The position numbers and the translations under genes were made by a program. DNA of 64,000 nucleotides. Source: an uncultured Planctomycetales bacterium (GTDB lineage Bacteria > Omnitrophota > Gorgyraeia > Gygaellales > Profunditerraquicolaceae). Positions 15,001-21,187 of this stretch are shown piece by piece. A model generated the notes under the pieces. It ran no database searches and was not told the DNA's origin. It saw only the letters and a list, made by a program, of their open reading frames with translations. The number at the start of each line of letters is the position of its first letter. The stretch's first letter is position 1. The stretch covers positions 8,166 to 72,165 of the forward strand of contig CAZYCL010000008.1 of the NCBI GenBank assembly GCA_964645795.1. Reading direction: 5' to 3'.

Positions 15001-18000
15001 AAGAACATCTCTATAGCGATCATCAAATGCTTTAAATTCAGCTTTTATTGCCTCCTGCTTCTTCTTCTCTTTATCTTTCGAATTATGATCGTTGTCTATG
15101 GCGAGTAACTTCTTGGTCAAATCTTCGCTGAACAGCCTTTCCAGGCCGAAAGACCAGTAATCTTGGAGGCGAGCCTTTGACATGTCAACTACGACCGGGT
15201 GCGGATTGAAGCCCCAGCCCGAGGCTATAACGTTGTCTACGCCGGTAAAGGTGGCGTTGCGCGTGTCAAGGCTTAGGCTGCCGGTGGGGCTAAACAGGGA
15301 GTTATTGTTGAAAAGAAGGCGCTGGTTATTGGCCAGTCCGTATCCGGCCTTATCAAACTTAAAGTTTGAAGTGACCGGATCGCGACCTGATGCGGGCGGC
15401 TCTGCTGCCTGATTCTGGCTTGCAGCAGAGAAAGCTCCAAAGGCTCTTTCATAGCCGTCTTTATCGCCTTTTAGATCAATATAGGGCTGGGCATCGCTGC
15501 CTATACCGGCCTTAAGCCCAGAACTGCTGATGGAATATTTATCTTTAAAAGTGAGCTTGTCGAGGCTGAAATGAGCGTAAGAGTATTCTGCCGCAGCGTC
15601 TTTGACCCCGGTAATCATGCGGCTGAAGCTGACCCCATCGGCATTGACGCCTTCTTTAAAGGCAGTAGTTACTATTTTGTTAAAATCCTTAGCCTGGATT
15701 ACTTTGGCGATGTCGCTGCGCAGGTTGGCCTTGTCGCCGACAGTTACCTTCAAATCCGCGGCCAGAGGCTCAAGCAGCTCATCCGGGACATCGTTAATAT
15801 TATTGATCCTATGAAGCATCTTGGCGTCCAAAAGCGCGTTGATATTGCTCCAGGTGGAAGATATAAGAAAGTTCTCGTCGATACCGGCCAGCTGCTGCTG
15901 CTTGTTAAAGAATGCCGAATTTTTCCCATGCGTCATGATACCAGCGTAACCGGTCATCCCATTATCGTTAGCCTGGCGGGCAAGCCCGAGCCAGACGAAG
16001 TTCTTCATCCCGGTAAGTTCGGTATTGCTCAAATCCAACTCCGCGTTTGCACGGGCAGAGAATAACGCTCCGGGCGCGAAGCTTATGCGCTGATTTTCTC
16101 CGAAGACCTTATTGTTTTCGACGCCGAAGTTGGTTTGGCGATAGCTGACATTGGCAGGCTCAACGCTGTTTGCCGGCTGCTGCTCAACACCCGAGACCAT
16201 CGGCCCCATCTGCTTGCCAAAGGCCGGAGCCTTTCCGGTAATGTCGATGTAGAGTGAATTTATTCCCCTCTCATCCGCGGGACTTATGCCGGGCGTAATA
16301 TCGGTGCGCTTTGTGCCATCTTTAAAATCTATGCGGCTTAAACTGAAACCTCCGTCTTTATAGAAATACTCCCCGGGTTTATCGGCTCCAGGGGCCTTAA
16401 TAAGGGTGCGCTCAAAATTAACGCCGCGAGCAATGATGACTTCGGGAGTAGATACGGCAAGCTTACCGCCGCCCTCCTTGATCTTGGCCTCTATTTTGCT
16501 GGTCAGCTGGTTAATGTTCATTTTGTTGACTTCGGCTTCGATCAAGGCTATAGCCTGATCGGTGGGTTTCTCTCCGTTCACGAACTTCTGATTTTGCAGG
16601 ATGCCGGCGTAGATGACCCTGGCCAGCTTGACATCATTATTCTGTTTGATCTTTTCAACGTCCGTAAGCACCATGGCGAAGCTGTCGGTGGCGGTATCTA
16701 TACCTTTGTAGAATTCACCTACATTTTCAGTCACCATGCGCTGCTGGCTGTCAAATTTAACCTTATCGATACCGCTTGGCCTGATTCCTATGACGCGCGC
16801 GCCCCTGGACAAAGGATCCTGGACGCCCAGGGTGAGCTTGTCGATATTCTTTGTGGCATTGAAGGTTACGTTAGTAAGGTTACCGGAAAGGCCGACATTG
16901 GTTGAGCCGAGATTATTTAAAATGAAGTCAACACGCTGCTTGTTAGCTAAGGTGCGTCCGGCCTTTACCGTAGGAGTAATATCCATTGCCGGCAGGGTCG
17001 ATTCCGGAGCTTCTTTCTGCGCTGACGGCTGATCGAAACTAGCCTTGGGAAGCTGTTTCAACAGGAGTTCATGTTTACTCAGGATATCGATGACCGGCTT
17101 ATGATTATCGAGCCTGGTTTTTATTGCCAGCTCCCTGCCCTCCTGGCCGTTCCTGAACTCGCTGGCTTTGCCTATGGAGAAGTTATCAAAACGCATGTCG
17201 CCAGCCACATCGCGCACCCAGAAGTTTACTTTATTCAAGGCGATGTTAGCGGCCTGTATGGTGTTCTTTGCCCCTGAGACTTCAATGAAGCCGGTGCCCA
17301 AAGAGTTGATATTGACCCATCCGGATTTGGCAGAAGTGCCCCTGACTATACCCGCATTGTTAAGCTCCAATTTACGGCCGGAGAGGTTTGAGCCGATTCC
17401 GGTTACGGGGTTATAATCATTTGCGGCAAAAGCGATTATCTCGCCGTTGACTAGGCCCTTGTTGTCCAGCTGCACTGCCCGGACAAATTTATTCATATCG
17501 CCGGCAACGTTGAATTTGGCAGATTCAAACATCGGGGTGGTATCGATGTTAGAGCGCAGGCTCTTGGTATCAACGTGCAGCCAGGCCGCTCTCTGCTCTT
17601 TACCGGTGGCGGAGTTGGCTTCATAGATGTAAGGTGCGACTTCCTTAAGCGACCAGCTGGTAACTTTCTGTTTTGCGATATTGGCGCCGGCGTTATCCGA
17701 GTCGTTGTTAGCGGCAGCGACGCTGGCTACCTGAGACGGAAAGATGAACTGTTTGGCCTGGATCCCAAGATTCACCGCAGCAGCGCCTCTGGTAATATCC
17801 GCGGGGTTAAGAGTAAGCTTTAAGCTCCTTCTGGCAGCGTCTAATAGCTGGCGAGGTTCACCCTGGTAATTGTAATCCTTATCCAGCGCGCTTAAATTGG
17901 CTTCATGGATGGTAAAATCAAACTCCTGGCGCTTATTCTTGCTTAAATCCCACTGCTGGCGGTCGGCTATGGATTTGGGAAGCAGCAAATTATTCTGCGA

Positions 18001-20646
18001 GCCGATTACTCCGTTAGTTGCGCCAATAAGAGGAGCGATAGCGTTCTTTCCGATATCAATACCCAATATAGGAGCTTTATCTTTCCAGCTGGAGATCAGG
18101 CCGTCTTTGAGAGCAGCGCTTCCGTAGAAGTTAACTTCGTAATTCTGGCCCTTATCATTGAAGCGGGCGTTAAGCGCCATGCCCTCGATATCCTTGCGGG
18201 TATAGTGCATGATCTTCTGGTTGTCTTCGAGCGCAATGGTCGCTCCGTTAATTCTAAGCGGATCTCTTATCCAGTCGTTTGCCTGCCCTATGGGCCTCAA
18301 AGCCTGGGTGTTGGTAAGCAAGGGGATGTGCGAACCTTCGTTATTAAACCAGAGTTTTTGTTCTTTGGTGGCGATAACCTCCAGAAGGTCGTTCCTGTTG
18401 CCAATAGTAATGTTGCCGTAGGTACCGATGCTCTTAGGATATACGGGGTCAGCAGCCGAGCCGGAACCGAGTATCTGATTGGTAACCACTGCCTTGCCGT
18501 TTGAACCGGCAAAGGCGTTCAGGCGGCCGGTATTGGTGTAATCAAACCCCGCCAGATCCAGTTTGCCGGTCTGTTTGCCGTCAAGCCAGGTAGTAATATC
18601 GCCTCTAGAAACGCTCTTCTCCATTGAACCCGCCCCGATAATGTTGCCTTGATGGTCGAACTCCTGGCGGGAGCCCTCTTTGATCCTCATATCAATAAGA
18701 TTGGTAGTTATGGATTTGCCTATGGGCAGAGCGTAAGAAACGGAATAATTGGTTTCAGGATTCTTGGTGACCACGCTCATCCCAAAAGGATGAAGGTTTA
18801 GGGACCTTCCGCTTGCCGGAGAAGACTCGATGCGGAAACCGCTAGCTCCGCTATTCTCAAACATCTTATTCCTGAACTCCATTCCGGAGACCAACGGTAT
18901 TGCCTGGCTGCCGTATCCAGAAGTAAATAGCGTGTCTCCGGGACGGGCGTGCAGGCCGGCGCGGGTGAAGTTTAAAGTAAAGTCACCCTGGGCATTGGCG
19001 GGATGTATTTCCATCACGCTTAAGCCTTGCGGCGCGGATTGAACGGGCTTTACGGAAAAGATATTGTTGTACGGCGTGGGGGCCGAGGAAGGCCGGTCAT
19101 CGAAGTTCGAGGCCACTTCAGGGGAACGCAAGGTGTTCATGTAGGTAGACATGTCCCACCTTAAGCTTCCCGGCTGCAGGTTCTGGAAAGATCTTTGGCT
19201 AAGGTTAGTGCTAAAGTTAAGATCGCCTATCTTGCTGCCGATCCAAACGGTGGTGCCGTCTTTGACTTTGCCTTTCCTGGCATCGAGGCCCGTATCAAAT
19301 AAGGCCTGCGCATAATTCTTATACCCGGTGGAGTTGATCCTGCTCCAGACATCTCCCTTGACATCAAAGTTAACGTAATTGTTGGAGGTAAGCCTGGTGT
19401 TGCCGTGCCAGGCGCCGCTCAACACTCCGTTATTATATGTGGTGCTGATATAGCCGTTCTTAAACCACTGGTTAATGCCGCCACTTACCATTGCCGGTGC
19501 GCCGTTATTGGCATATTGGGTATTGCGATAGGATGTCTTAAAACCGTAGACATCGGTGGTGACCGTATTCCTGCTTAAGCGGCCGGGTTCGGTGAAATTC
19601 ATGGTGAAGGTCACCGGTTTAAAGCTATTGTTATTAGAACGAGTAATGTTCTGGGTAAGATTAAGCTGGGCATTGGGATTTGAGGCCGAGTTATAACCCT
19701 GGCTGCTCTGGCCTACCGCGTTATTGTTGTACTTATAGCTGGAATCCTTGTTCTGCCTCTGGGTCCTGAATCTGTCCTGGCCAAACTGCCCCCAGTCAGC
19801 CGCGCCCATGACCTTCTGCGCTTCTGCCTGCGAAAGAAGCCGGGTATTTTCGTTGGCGGTCAAGATCAAGGCGTTTCCGGAGAACCTTTCGGAGAACTTT
19901 TCCAAAGGCAGGTATGATTCCGTATGCTCATCAACGAAATAAACTTTATCAACGGTAATTCTGGTAACTAAAATATAGTGGTCCCCGTTTAAGTGGGCGA
20001 TGAAAGGGGCCAATTCAGTTGTGCCGGTTGGCCAGTTGGCCAGTTGGCCAGTTAAATCTATATTTACGGGATAAAGCTTGGTGCCGAAGAATTCAGAGGC
20101 ACGGGAAAGGGCATAAAGGGAGTTCTTGACTACTGCGGGATCGCCTTCGGGCCTGATCACTCCGTTTAAGATGTCGGTAGTGAGGGCCAGGACCGCGATA
20201 TCCTGCTCAACTACTTCAATGCCCTGATAACGCAGGAAGTCATAAAGCGCCTTGGCGCCGCAGGGCCTGTTTTTCAACCAATTGTATATCTCTTCGATCC
20301 TGGACTTGGATAGGTTAAGCGGCTTTTCCAGTTCAATGGCGATCTCCGGTGAAAGACGGATGGAGGTAATCGGCTTGCCGGCAACTTCATTTAAAATATT
20401 ACGGACTGCAAAAGGAATATCAAACTGCGGATTGGTGTTTAATGGGGAGGCGGTATAAAGCTCTGCACCGGGCCTGTTCCAGAGCACTCGCCAATCATAC
20501 TCAACTGCCTGGGCAACCTGCTCAGGAACGAATACGCATACCACTAAAAAAGCCACCACTCTTATCCAGCGCTTAAAACCGGACTTGAACGGCGGCTGAA
20601 CTTCTGTCGCCTGCGCATCGCTTACGGTAATGGGGGCTACTTTCAT
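1..20646 (-). CDS. Giant secreted multidomain protein, over 6,882 aa, C-terminus truncated by the window edge. N-terminal signal anchor, internal ~240-aa Gly/Ala-rich repeat modules, trypsin-like S1 peptidase domain, C-terminal SLT/lysozyme-like region.
   Basis: Hand translation of the minus strand from ATG at 20646..20644 (MKVAPITVSDAQ..., followed by a hydrophobic segment WIRVVAFLVVCVFV) shows no stop through position 1. The frame is confirmed at three distant points: the start codon, GRPGDSGSPYLV at about 4445-4470 with TNTHV at about 4840, and G(R)MQ/EV motifs at about 250-450. Plus-strand ORFs in this span are all short shadow ORFs. The ORF track omits it, probably because it has no stop inside the window. 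Confidence 0.8.
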   Translation of the reverse strand, partial: MKVAPITVSDAQATEVQPPFKSGFKRWIRVVAFLVVCVFVPEQVAQAVEYDWRVLWNRPGAELYTASPLNTNPQFDIPFAVRNILNEVAGKPITSIRLSPEIAIELEKPLNLSKSRIEEIYNWLKNRPCGAKALYDFLRYQGIEVVEQDIAVLALTTDILNGVIRPEGDPAVVKNSLYALSRASEFFGTKLYPVNIDLTGQLANWPTGTTELAPFIAHLNGDHYILVTRITVDKVYFVDEHTESYLPLEKFSERFSGNALILTANENTRLLSQAEAQKVMGAADWGQFGQDRFRTQRQNKDSSYKYNNNAVGQSSQGYNSASNPNAQLNLTQNITRSNNNSFKPVTFTMNFTEPGRLSRNTVTTDVYGFKTSYRNTQYANNGAPAMVSGGINQWFKNGYISTTYNNGVLSGAWHGNTRLTSNNYVNFDVKGDVWSRINSTGYKNYAQALFDTGLDARKGKVKDGTTVWIGSKIGDLNFSTNLSQRSFQNLQPGSLRWDMSTYMNTLRSPEVASNFDDRPSSAPTPYNNIFSVKPVQSAPQGLSVMEIHPANAQGDFTLNFTRAGLHARPGDTLFTSGYGSQAIPLVSGMEFRNKMFENSGASGFRIESSPASGRSLNLHPFGMSVVTKNPETNYSVSYALPIGKSITTNLIDMRIKEGSRQEFDHQGNIIGAGSMEKSVSRGDITTWLDGKQTGKLDLAGFDYTNTGRLNAFAGSNGKAVVTNQILGSGSAADPVYPKSIGTYGNITIGNRNDLLEVIATKEQKLWFNNEGSHIPLLTNTQALRPIGQANDWIRDPLRINGATIALEDNQKIMHYTRKDIEGMALNARFNDKGQNYEVNFYGSAALKDGLISSWKDKAPILGIDIGKNAIAPLIGATNGVIGSQNNLLLPKSIADRQQWDLSKNKRQEFDFTIHEANLSALDKDYNYQGEPRQLLDAARRSLKLTLNPADITRGAAAVNLGIQAKQFIFPSQVASVAAANNDSDNAGANIAKQKVTSWSLKEVAPYIYEANSATGKEQRAAWLHVDTKSLRSNIDTTPMFESAKFNVAGDMNKFVRAVQLDNKGLVNGEIIAFAANDYNPVTGIGSNLSGRKLELNNAGIVRGTSAKSGWVNINSLGTGFIEVSGAKNTIQAANIALNKVNFWVRDVAGDMRFDNFSIGKASEFRNGQEGRELAIKTRLDNHKPVIDILSKHELLLKQLPKASFDQPSAQKEAPESTLPAMDITPTVKAGRTLANKQRVDFILNNLGSTNVGLSGNLTNVTFNATKNIDKLTLGVQDPLSRGARVIGIRPSGIDKVKFDSQQRMVTENVGEFYKGIDTATDSFAMVLTDVEKIKQNNDVKLARVIYAGILQNQKFVNGEKPTDQAIALIEAEVNKMNINQLTSKIEAKIKEGGGKLAVSTPEVIIARGVNFERTLIKAPGADKPGEYFYKDGGFSLSRIDFKDGTKRTDITPGISPADERGINSLYIDITGKAPAFGKQMGPMVSGVEQQPANSVEPANVSYRQTNFGVENNKVFGENQRISFAPGALFSARANAELDLSNTELTGMKNFVWLGLARQANDNGMTGYAGIMTHGKNSAFFNKQQQLAGIDENFLISSTWSNINALLDAKMLHRINNINDVPDELLEPLAADLKVTVGDKANLRSDIAKVIQAKDFNKIVTTAFKEGVNADGVSFSRMITGVKDAAAEYSYAHFSLDKLTFKDKYSISSSGLKAGIGSDAQPYIDLKGDKDGYERAFGAFSAASQNQAAEPPASGRDPVTSNFKFDKAGYGLANNQRLLFNNNSLFSPTGSLSLDTRNATFTGVDNVIASGWGFNPHPVVVDMSKARLQDYWSFGLERLFSEDLTKKLLAIDNDHNSKDKEKKKQEAIKAEFKAFDDRYRDVLDKNKALKGGKLIGVVPNSANDAAEFITLEIKVGKKTIKAAFFPFIEKPTFIPLTKGNKGILAAKAAENLGLDKNTDLKIGKIKGNGPLNRLFNVNGKTKRVTVETGGTRRTVREWVTYTSTDSLGNEEAKKVALLKRKHLMDHTGKDLGSKVSTRSFTGSVNNNSSSVSTYTEYLVAKRKEAVTELHTNNAVYKQGYYKITPANEVNQFTVIELMKKNPGYGSEYSMHSTEKLLVENMIYIKDGIAYSSDNAKELGRAYCKAKGISYFAVPNSDWNINDKNSSSLLYFNADGTAINPKDISQGAIYAAIGTDIHGIGTASKGVREMVTIKHSPSINHREALLLDCEVLHKLPDLGIKDPNNVLSGVMSVRPIGYTEAILVKDGREIGVIGPDAFNEILGADEGKKLYEDLQRKSIIGNEGRIGNLPQYSKLKLDKAYESHRDRIYAVLFQADNHFIKTGLNNEGEAGVILDPSTGAVQEVVRKKLVYKNSGEAAGHSYYITNSLSLPSGDYVRYERMNYRHGDKTNSFYCKGVNGDQRVSLEEQNAVINPELEMRAIGLVKQALFSRRNKQFFKALIMSDISIGDLGESRPAGYRSEFHNTDRIFKKITIDLQDNEGNVVNKSLNELMSLNRSDLRAQGFKPRKERLAQRNAIYANYKLNEALATGQFKDLGIVNIAHPVYMSVLISNHAKTIGDLYDRAKLNGLTPVLPLDKSFTVGALNTYATAGVIVVGTTILSGGLAGPEWAAVLAAGSVGAAGSIASTAVLKYGMTGDHITGGEMAVAGVTGFVASGAAAWAKSATLARLSTDLKALQAAGKAGASAGNLATAIDRSRQSLSWVRMSGIIRNTSNLGKLEGAGANIFKTVETLKKGTDIAKVGTMGMATRNLSTTGSLFWVNSSLAIDQFGSISSSGRAMNLGEGFKSLGTSYAWLLAPSVLFGASKNILSRVASSTMNPWAKYGGTTLAGASAGYLVDSYKTGNWTKFDSSKLLHMGGGALLFNGAVLTAAKGGRAAKAVKGAVDGATKWIAAEAPAALRYTSAAAGGAGIGYLADSVITGNWGFKEEGMIFDTPNWSKIAAMAGGAAVGFTGSRVAAKYGKGMGAGLYTGWAKGITPKDFTVLETRFYKIGKAARLTAEKGGMPLRGAASGYTASSFISGKWGLNNQEGNFDWDKLGMTLGGGLLGVGFGKDIAAAANPLNKAAKTSSYVKFAGAALMAPGLSAGLKNRLPEDSWLNEHKVLAMAIPAAAVLLGAGAIKYNKALLNFIKHPATLGAMGGAGAGYLADSLATGNWGFKEEGMIFDTPNWSKIVAMGSGAVIGATTVYAVNRNPVIKEGFRGGAKGLEKEVIAKEFATGALRRQIESQQKLFDISYAVGKNIKPVGAAIRSPLLGAGAGYLTESAITGNWKFKDEKGWDVAKIVAMTGGAAAFSAIDFIRWGKLIDGAKLAKGLNSAGSAVKKGFVATRLYTNKALIPVGDLVGWRNPAVFLGGSTAAAQADLRHPMVNELGAAAVIPGLLLNPGRGILATAGNIGNFLGIRNDVAKRVDMVKYQERLLFNDMLRENIGGIGSSVIAYAFYRADSLIQAASGSYSIRAIGNLKETALSFFDSVNKAKETLKELNYNEIPEDKWVEFGMIFGSMVGGARGLKQLAGQLRQAAIAESRTYLNLRSAAAEAKAVAPNVPLSVSVPQFLSRVHRDAKNLVYINTAFTIGMPLIMNYGPNGYGFSEFLDQVYNAAYQKDEIASGAVGAAFIWRGATGITKAVSHSRLGNWANAQLNKFDNASFGKQAAIAGGSLAGGSTLHWLGTSEKIGIQDKAAGVILSHIGLLAAGTGAVLLARSITKLPAYQRFLNRGRIGTEVKIAKDAGKFKESEFFTGTTGEQMKVTKEGVLIKNKGPNGADILIKNKERVQIKLANGEIKTKAVPFSRDWLFGTGEEAMSGRWQGLAHQIKYTTAWGTAGALAGYLRYTQDKKAGKEFAENGALPYLLMGAGIGAFGLKNLPKLSRTAAHWGVQGLGIAGTGALIYSGKKLTFDPLAGIFEESLDPAKKGKGGLNYWQRARTYLFTKHDVLEIDQYNPIGADGKYNYKVVGQANDWSYALFMGALARGLANVGKVARKSYRGHDLKSPKGFWYGLRKEGINSNIIRGGQQLGEFKQALKQPQTYTSAVLPLAGGIGAYYLGKSDKLKDTTFGKVLRYGGIALAGYGALQTLGVLGGNLSPAEWQKLGTKMGLGKAGSHILGAGKYLTYDFALRGTIGNLFTVIAPLYGVIEATSLLTHKFIVPSASTDFEKSLWRSTFGAFWVPGEDGNIQNYIDIVGVNGQAWKNANGLDQKFNLALKVINRAYSVGLFGYKTDEEGNSTGEARIKSLKDGLAWDRSKDVVGNARVWFDNFDNSNLRFSAILAVLQPMAEPILSNIKRANFGKHFQAIGKGMEETFSAKAILGTAPRLASTQGALSAGRVMDMAITGTIEETLSEQVIQMGLSVLPWTVVGNPQLAALISEVLQETLSPFGAGARNYMPTRREALRMVNSALSSKYTPADAKMLPLLNKAKEDLENLKTNTAEDVIGAVLPVLSHQVNNPSTGSTFDLAGYARQAINKRFGIDEKINIELVGLNKLVNKETNTLVTAQYSEGTLKMDVGKNFIFDFDKSGNLTFTPSVVAVYNAIHEKEHDIIKRVQQDNLGLIKNPQERAQYDNMLKVISGVLGISVPELNLEISEWDPNEMVVQYFSLLDLAEYVKTHPGHSYGNDFGTENMKDLIERTTNQDFDSFSDAVGALNAKSGWRDTVTENAREKKQVLHSTGNFLFDVVDFVQWTNGNRVKRMRPMVQGPDDEYDKRVAKVYQAIVAAGGNIDPDDYDIKVVRNGGTKDSLAFTSEKNIGTMLVNERALRGIPEDTRLMVYLHDGHHVLFELKENKQSGFSKNKLDELISLAKDNENLKHALNGMIDYFRHTYDNIVTDVVAGIDIKGLNDNDAVKVSAQELKDKRERIATSRHFDSQVPPVEGKVNPNQLVLSALDLLIAKAESGTVTVADIKAFAAFKDILAKSDHGVAIELFGHLNPFLFTESEKSAALFTLKNRQMEVLNFAAALKQYDTDGKVRKFLSKLNEEIGMPDKVSSPVKAAEASSSPLFAKLKKNRALAAEKDYLSKTLKMEEEYITEPLKELSLLLNKAGMGPEMRRPIITHTSYGRKDIGETIKMLDSATLSDMKSLADNLVIKAHISDYAAGSILSQIIDRGDMEDVTPAVNSLLDGLSRLKLAENYEDINRDIFDRILQQPGVSANNAAVAVGSLINKLSDLDVSASDVQLFLMDAVLADKDIESSARKLEEQLALVLPGQAQQDKLQSIKQAMESGRDELSRTIVKVSPVGKDHSPNAGATGYVVGQTQDLYFVMTNTHVAKDKVFALETMKGEKITDATVVMTLVRDKFSGIPFGPGFMREKMNAAKGDLALLAVKKSDLKGQTLVPVELAGPKTIESIQSNPATLVSARNDLNLVTGQPVYIGNRIILINPLGKGRPGDSGSPYLVKTDKGYVALATNSVGTPFTDNPAGAVVSPQVLEDMLKAVDNERSSYTLATKDSSLISGTKEFLTAKAKTISSPLKASKDADYSLAKRQDIFTQAFVTTLAAVTGQKIKVSSVKQQDISAPEVKSLSATDLGGGAGSGFGIGAGGSGRGKGIGAGGSGFGRVPTFKQPKITLDKAKVFKYNTKELPLNRLPEPSEVPLGDTRQPLGLPAVPVSAPTAPVSNAPVGNSGLGGVGSIVGSVFSSSFSPAMALSAAASPIMPMDIGGVLVLNVNNLKFSDPIADHTAGLAPPAGPLLANFIDFVAQNLAKLMGISAAIAAKQAGFDKVSEGSLKLSERTRGAESATEERAGANDPQPAVSKEVRLAADVKLLEAASPLRENFSTNEAISKNLVPVSSTSASDPTRGECISSPISENGLILKSRMARLLVILTKAQLNYRLEAPNGEILPEEETRQMFFDSAESVSNSIVNEAGDAKKLMLRRRVFEDKNEVEKTRVEAINGLEAWFDRAVNELGLDAEDLKQLEIDAIGEDNADNNKRVGAKIRLNKNDDALKLLVAEGKSTLGKLVATNEDLKKVLSLEALDANTKYLIVKILESQQKMEAELKEVKEEATVANEKATVANEKATVANEKANVAVKGVVKYLNTDNPVDCLIFAIYALVGEKSGEKIESAIRMRRAEGKKVSLKDAIGIAQDLLGVFALSEDALRNMPQRLLDRLILMKKADDRLYHAFNVIGRNGDKLIISEDNASALTIIGKEVLISELFKKNGEIIAIGLNTEARSFENAGARKVGKEEIEEISDEEVNDLQGDGNGGGSGAGIGAGADAGSGSGAGVGGSAAGDSDTEKEDDYAFGASPVIHYSYIEGAANTASISAAYVLSSTSTTGAAVAFNTYSTSVANKQDGISLANIDGAVELEKDMLRSGKAVLYNRALNYSNNYKPYRFEGNLTLNGNRNLIKDFNKVLTNYRFSVNSTLSTELASVDNETKDKESKNTEKKETAINNATDEISRNSVKNAAVLNIVHSIFNHSLARNSSSAEFGFKSMPHAAPYSHAPPVEASDVINLPVNLAANANQSFAVNAGNNFPGLDNIGLKINLVYTIKATDPKATYHYSLAPPMFTSIDKAASPINASEARRVTELTLITSASKENKVPAALKAGLSATLNTNLLNVNGDINKQALSAIVAKSLSQIRNNSNISSPVKYDLAKKIVFLTSSLFLGKQEAWKFANEWAAERDAEREAARLNKAAKLSKASKPASRAKIAAKVVLWSILTLGALKTFQLADGFKPHASKEAAYAALNDQAMRSYIERTLALYLGKDEAAKFFEASEYSNGTVRNTKGILTALNRVEENRENIIKYSNKYGVDPEFVAAVMFYEVLDLTPFERVLDVFGSVVKPTTAGRMQIGYDAYLTIYPKYDGSRVRLAYIMVNNDAKNIDAGAKYIAYLMKLGQNKYGLNGNDLLLKVAASYTATPFTSGILKNMPKPPFD
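2551..2631 (-). repeat. 21-bp perfect tandem repeat (3 full copies plus 1 partial) inside the giant CDS, encoding (ATVANEK)n
   Basis: agctttttcatttgctactgt is repeated head-to-tail. It is in frame (a multiple of 3) and translates to EKATVANEKATVANEKATVANEKANVA. Confidence 0.85.
20017..20042 (-). repeat. 8-bp tandem repeat (ttggccag x3) about 200 codons into the giant CDS
   Basis: ggttggccagttggccagttggccagtt is read directly. The unit length is not a multiple of 3, so gain or loss of one unit would frameshift the giant gene. Confidence 0.8.
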
Positions 20647-21187
20647 TTTATTATTAATAATAAATAATATAAAATGAAGCTTCTCCTTTATCACTAACGC
20701 CAGATTTTTCACTGCGTCTGCGATTTTTCTCATCACCGATTTTTAAAGCTTTAAAAAACTGCTTTTTAATGCCCTAAAAATAACGCCTGGAACTCTTTCC
20801 CAGTGCATCAAAATTATAACATAATATATATATGAGTCAAGAAAAAAAACCCGAAAAATTTAAGCGCTTACTTTTTCAAATAGAGGTATAAAATTAACTA
20901 AATCATAAGTGTTACAACAACTAGCTAGAATGAGTAAAAAGCCAAACTTTCTTATAAATTCCCATAAAGGGGACAAAGGAGAGGTTAAAAGAGTGCCTCA
21001 ATAAACACTTATGCTGGCTTCTTTCTTGGAATTGATTTAAGCAATATTCTGAATGAATAATCAATCCTTTCAAAATAATCATCCAGATGTTTAGATTGGA
21101 CATTGACTACTAACATAGTGCAGTTTGGACATAAATTTTTATTTAATAGTAAATTGGACATTGTTTTGGATCATGCAAGCAACCAAT
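20647..21187 (-). promoter_or_regulatory. 540-bp AT-rich upstream/leader region of the giant gene with three phased TTGGACAT octamers (ATGTCCAA on the gene strand)
   Basis: TTGGACAT at 21096-21103, 21125-21132 and 21154-21161, with 29-bp spacing. There is no long ORF, and no canonical SD near the ATG at 20646. Confidence 0.5.

Noticed and set aside
587-20458. About 60 short plus-strand ORFs (60-350 aa) listed in the ORF track across the first 20 kb, including 3149..4192 (347 aa) and 12236..12937 (233 aa)
   Set aside because: They lie antisense or out of frame to a single uninterrupted minus-strand ORF whose frame is verified at three distant points. Their translations are low-complexity (Ala/Pro/Leu/Ser-rich), typical of shadow ORFs in a GC-biased coding region.
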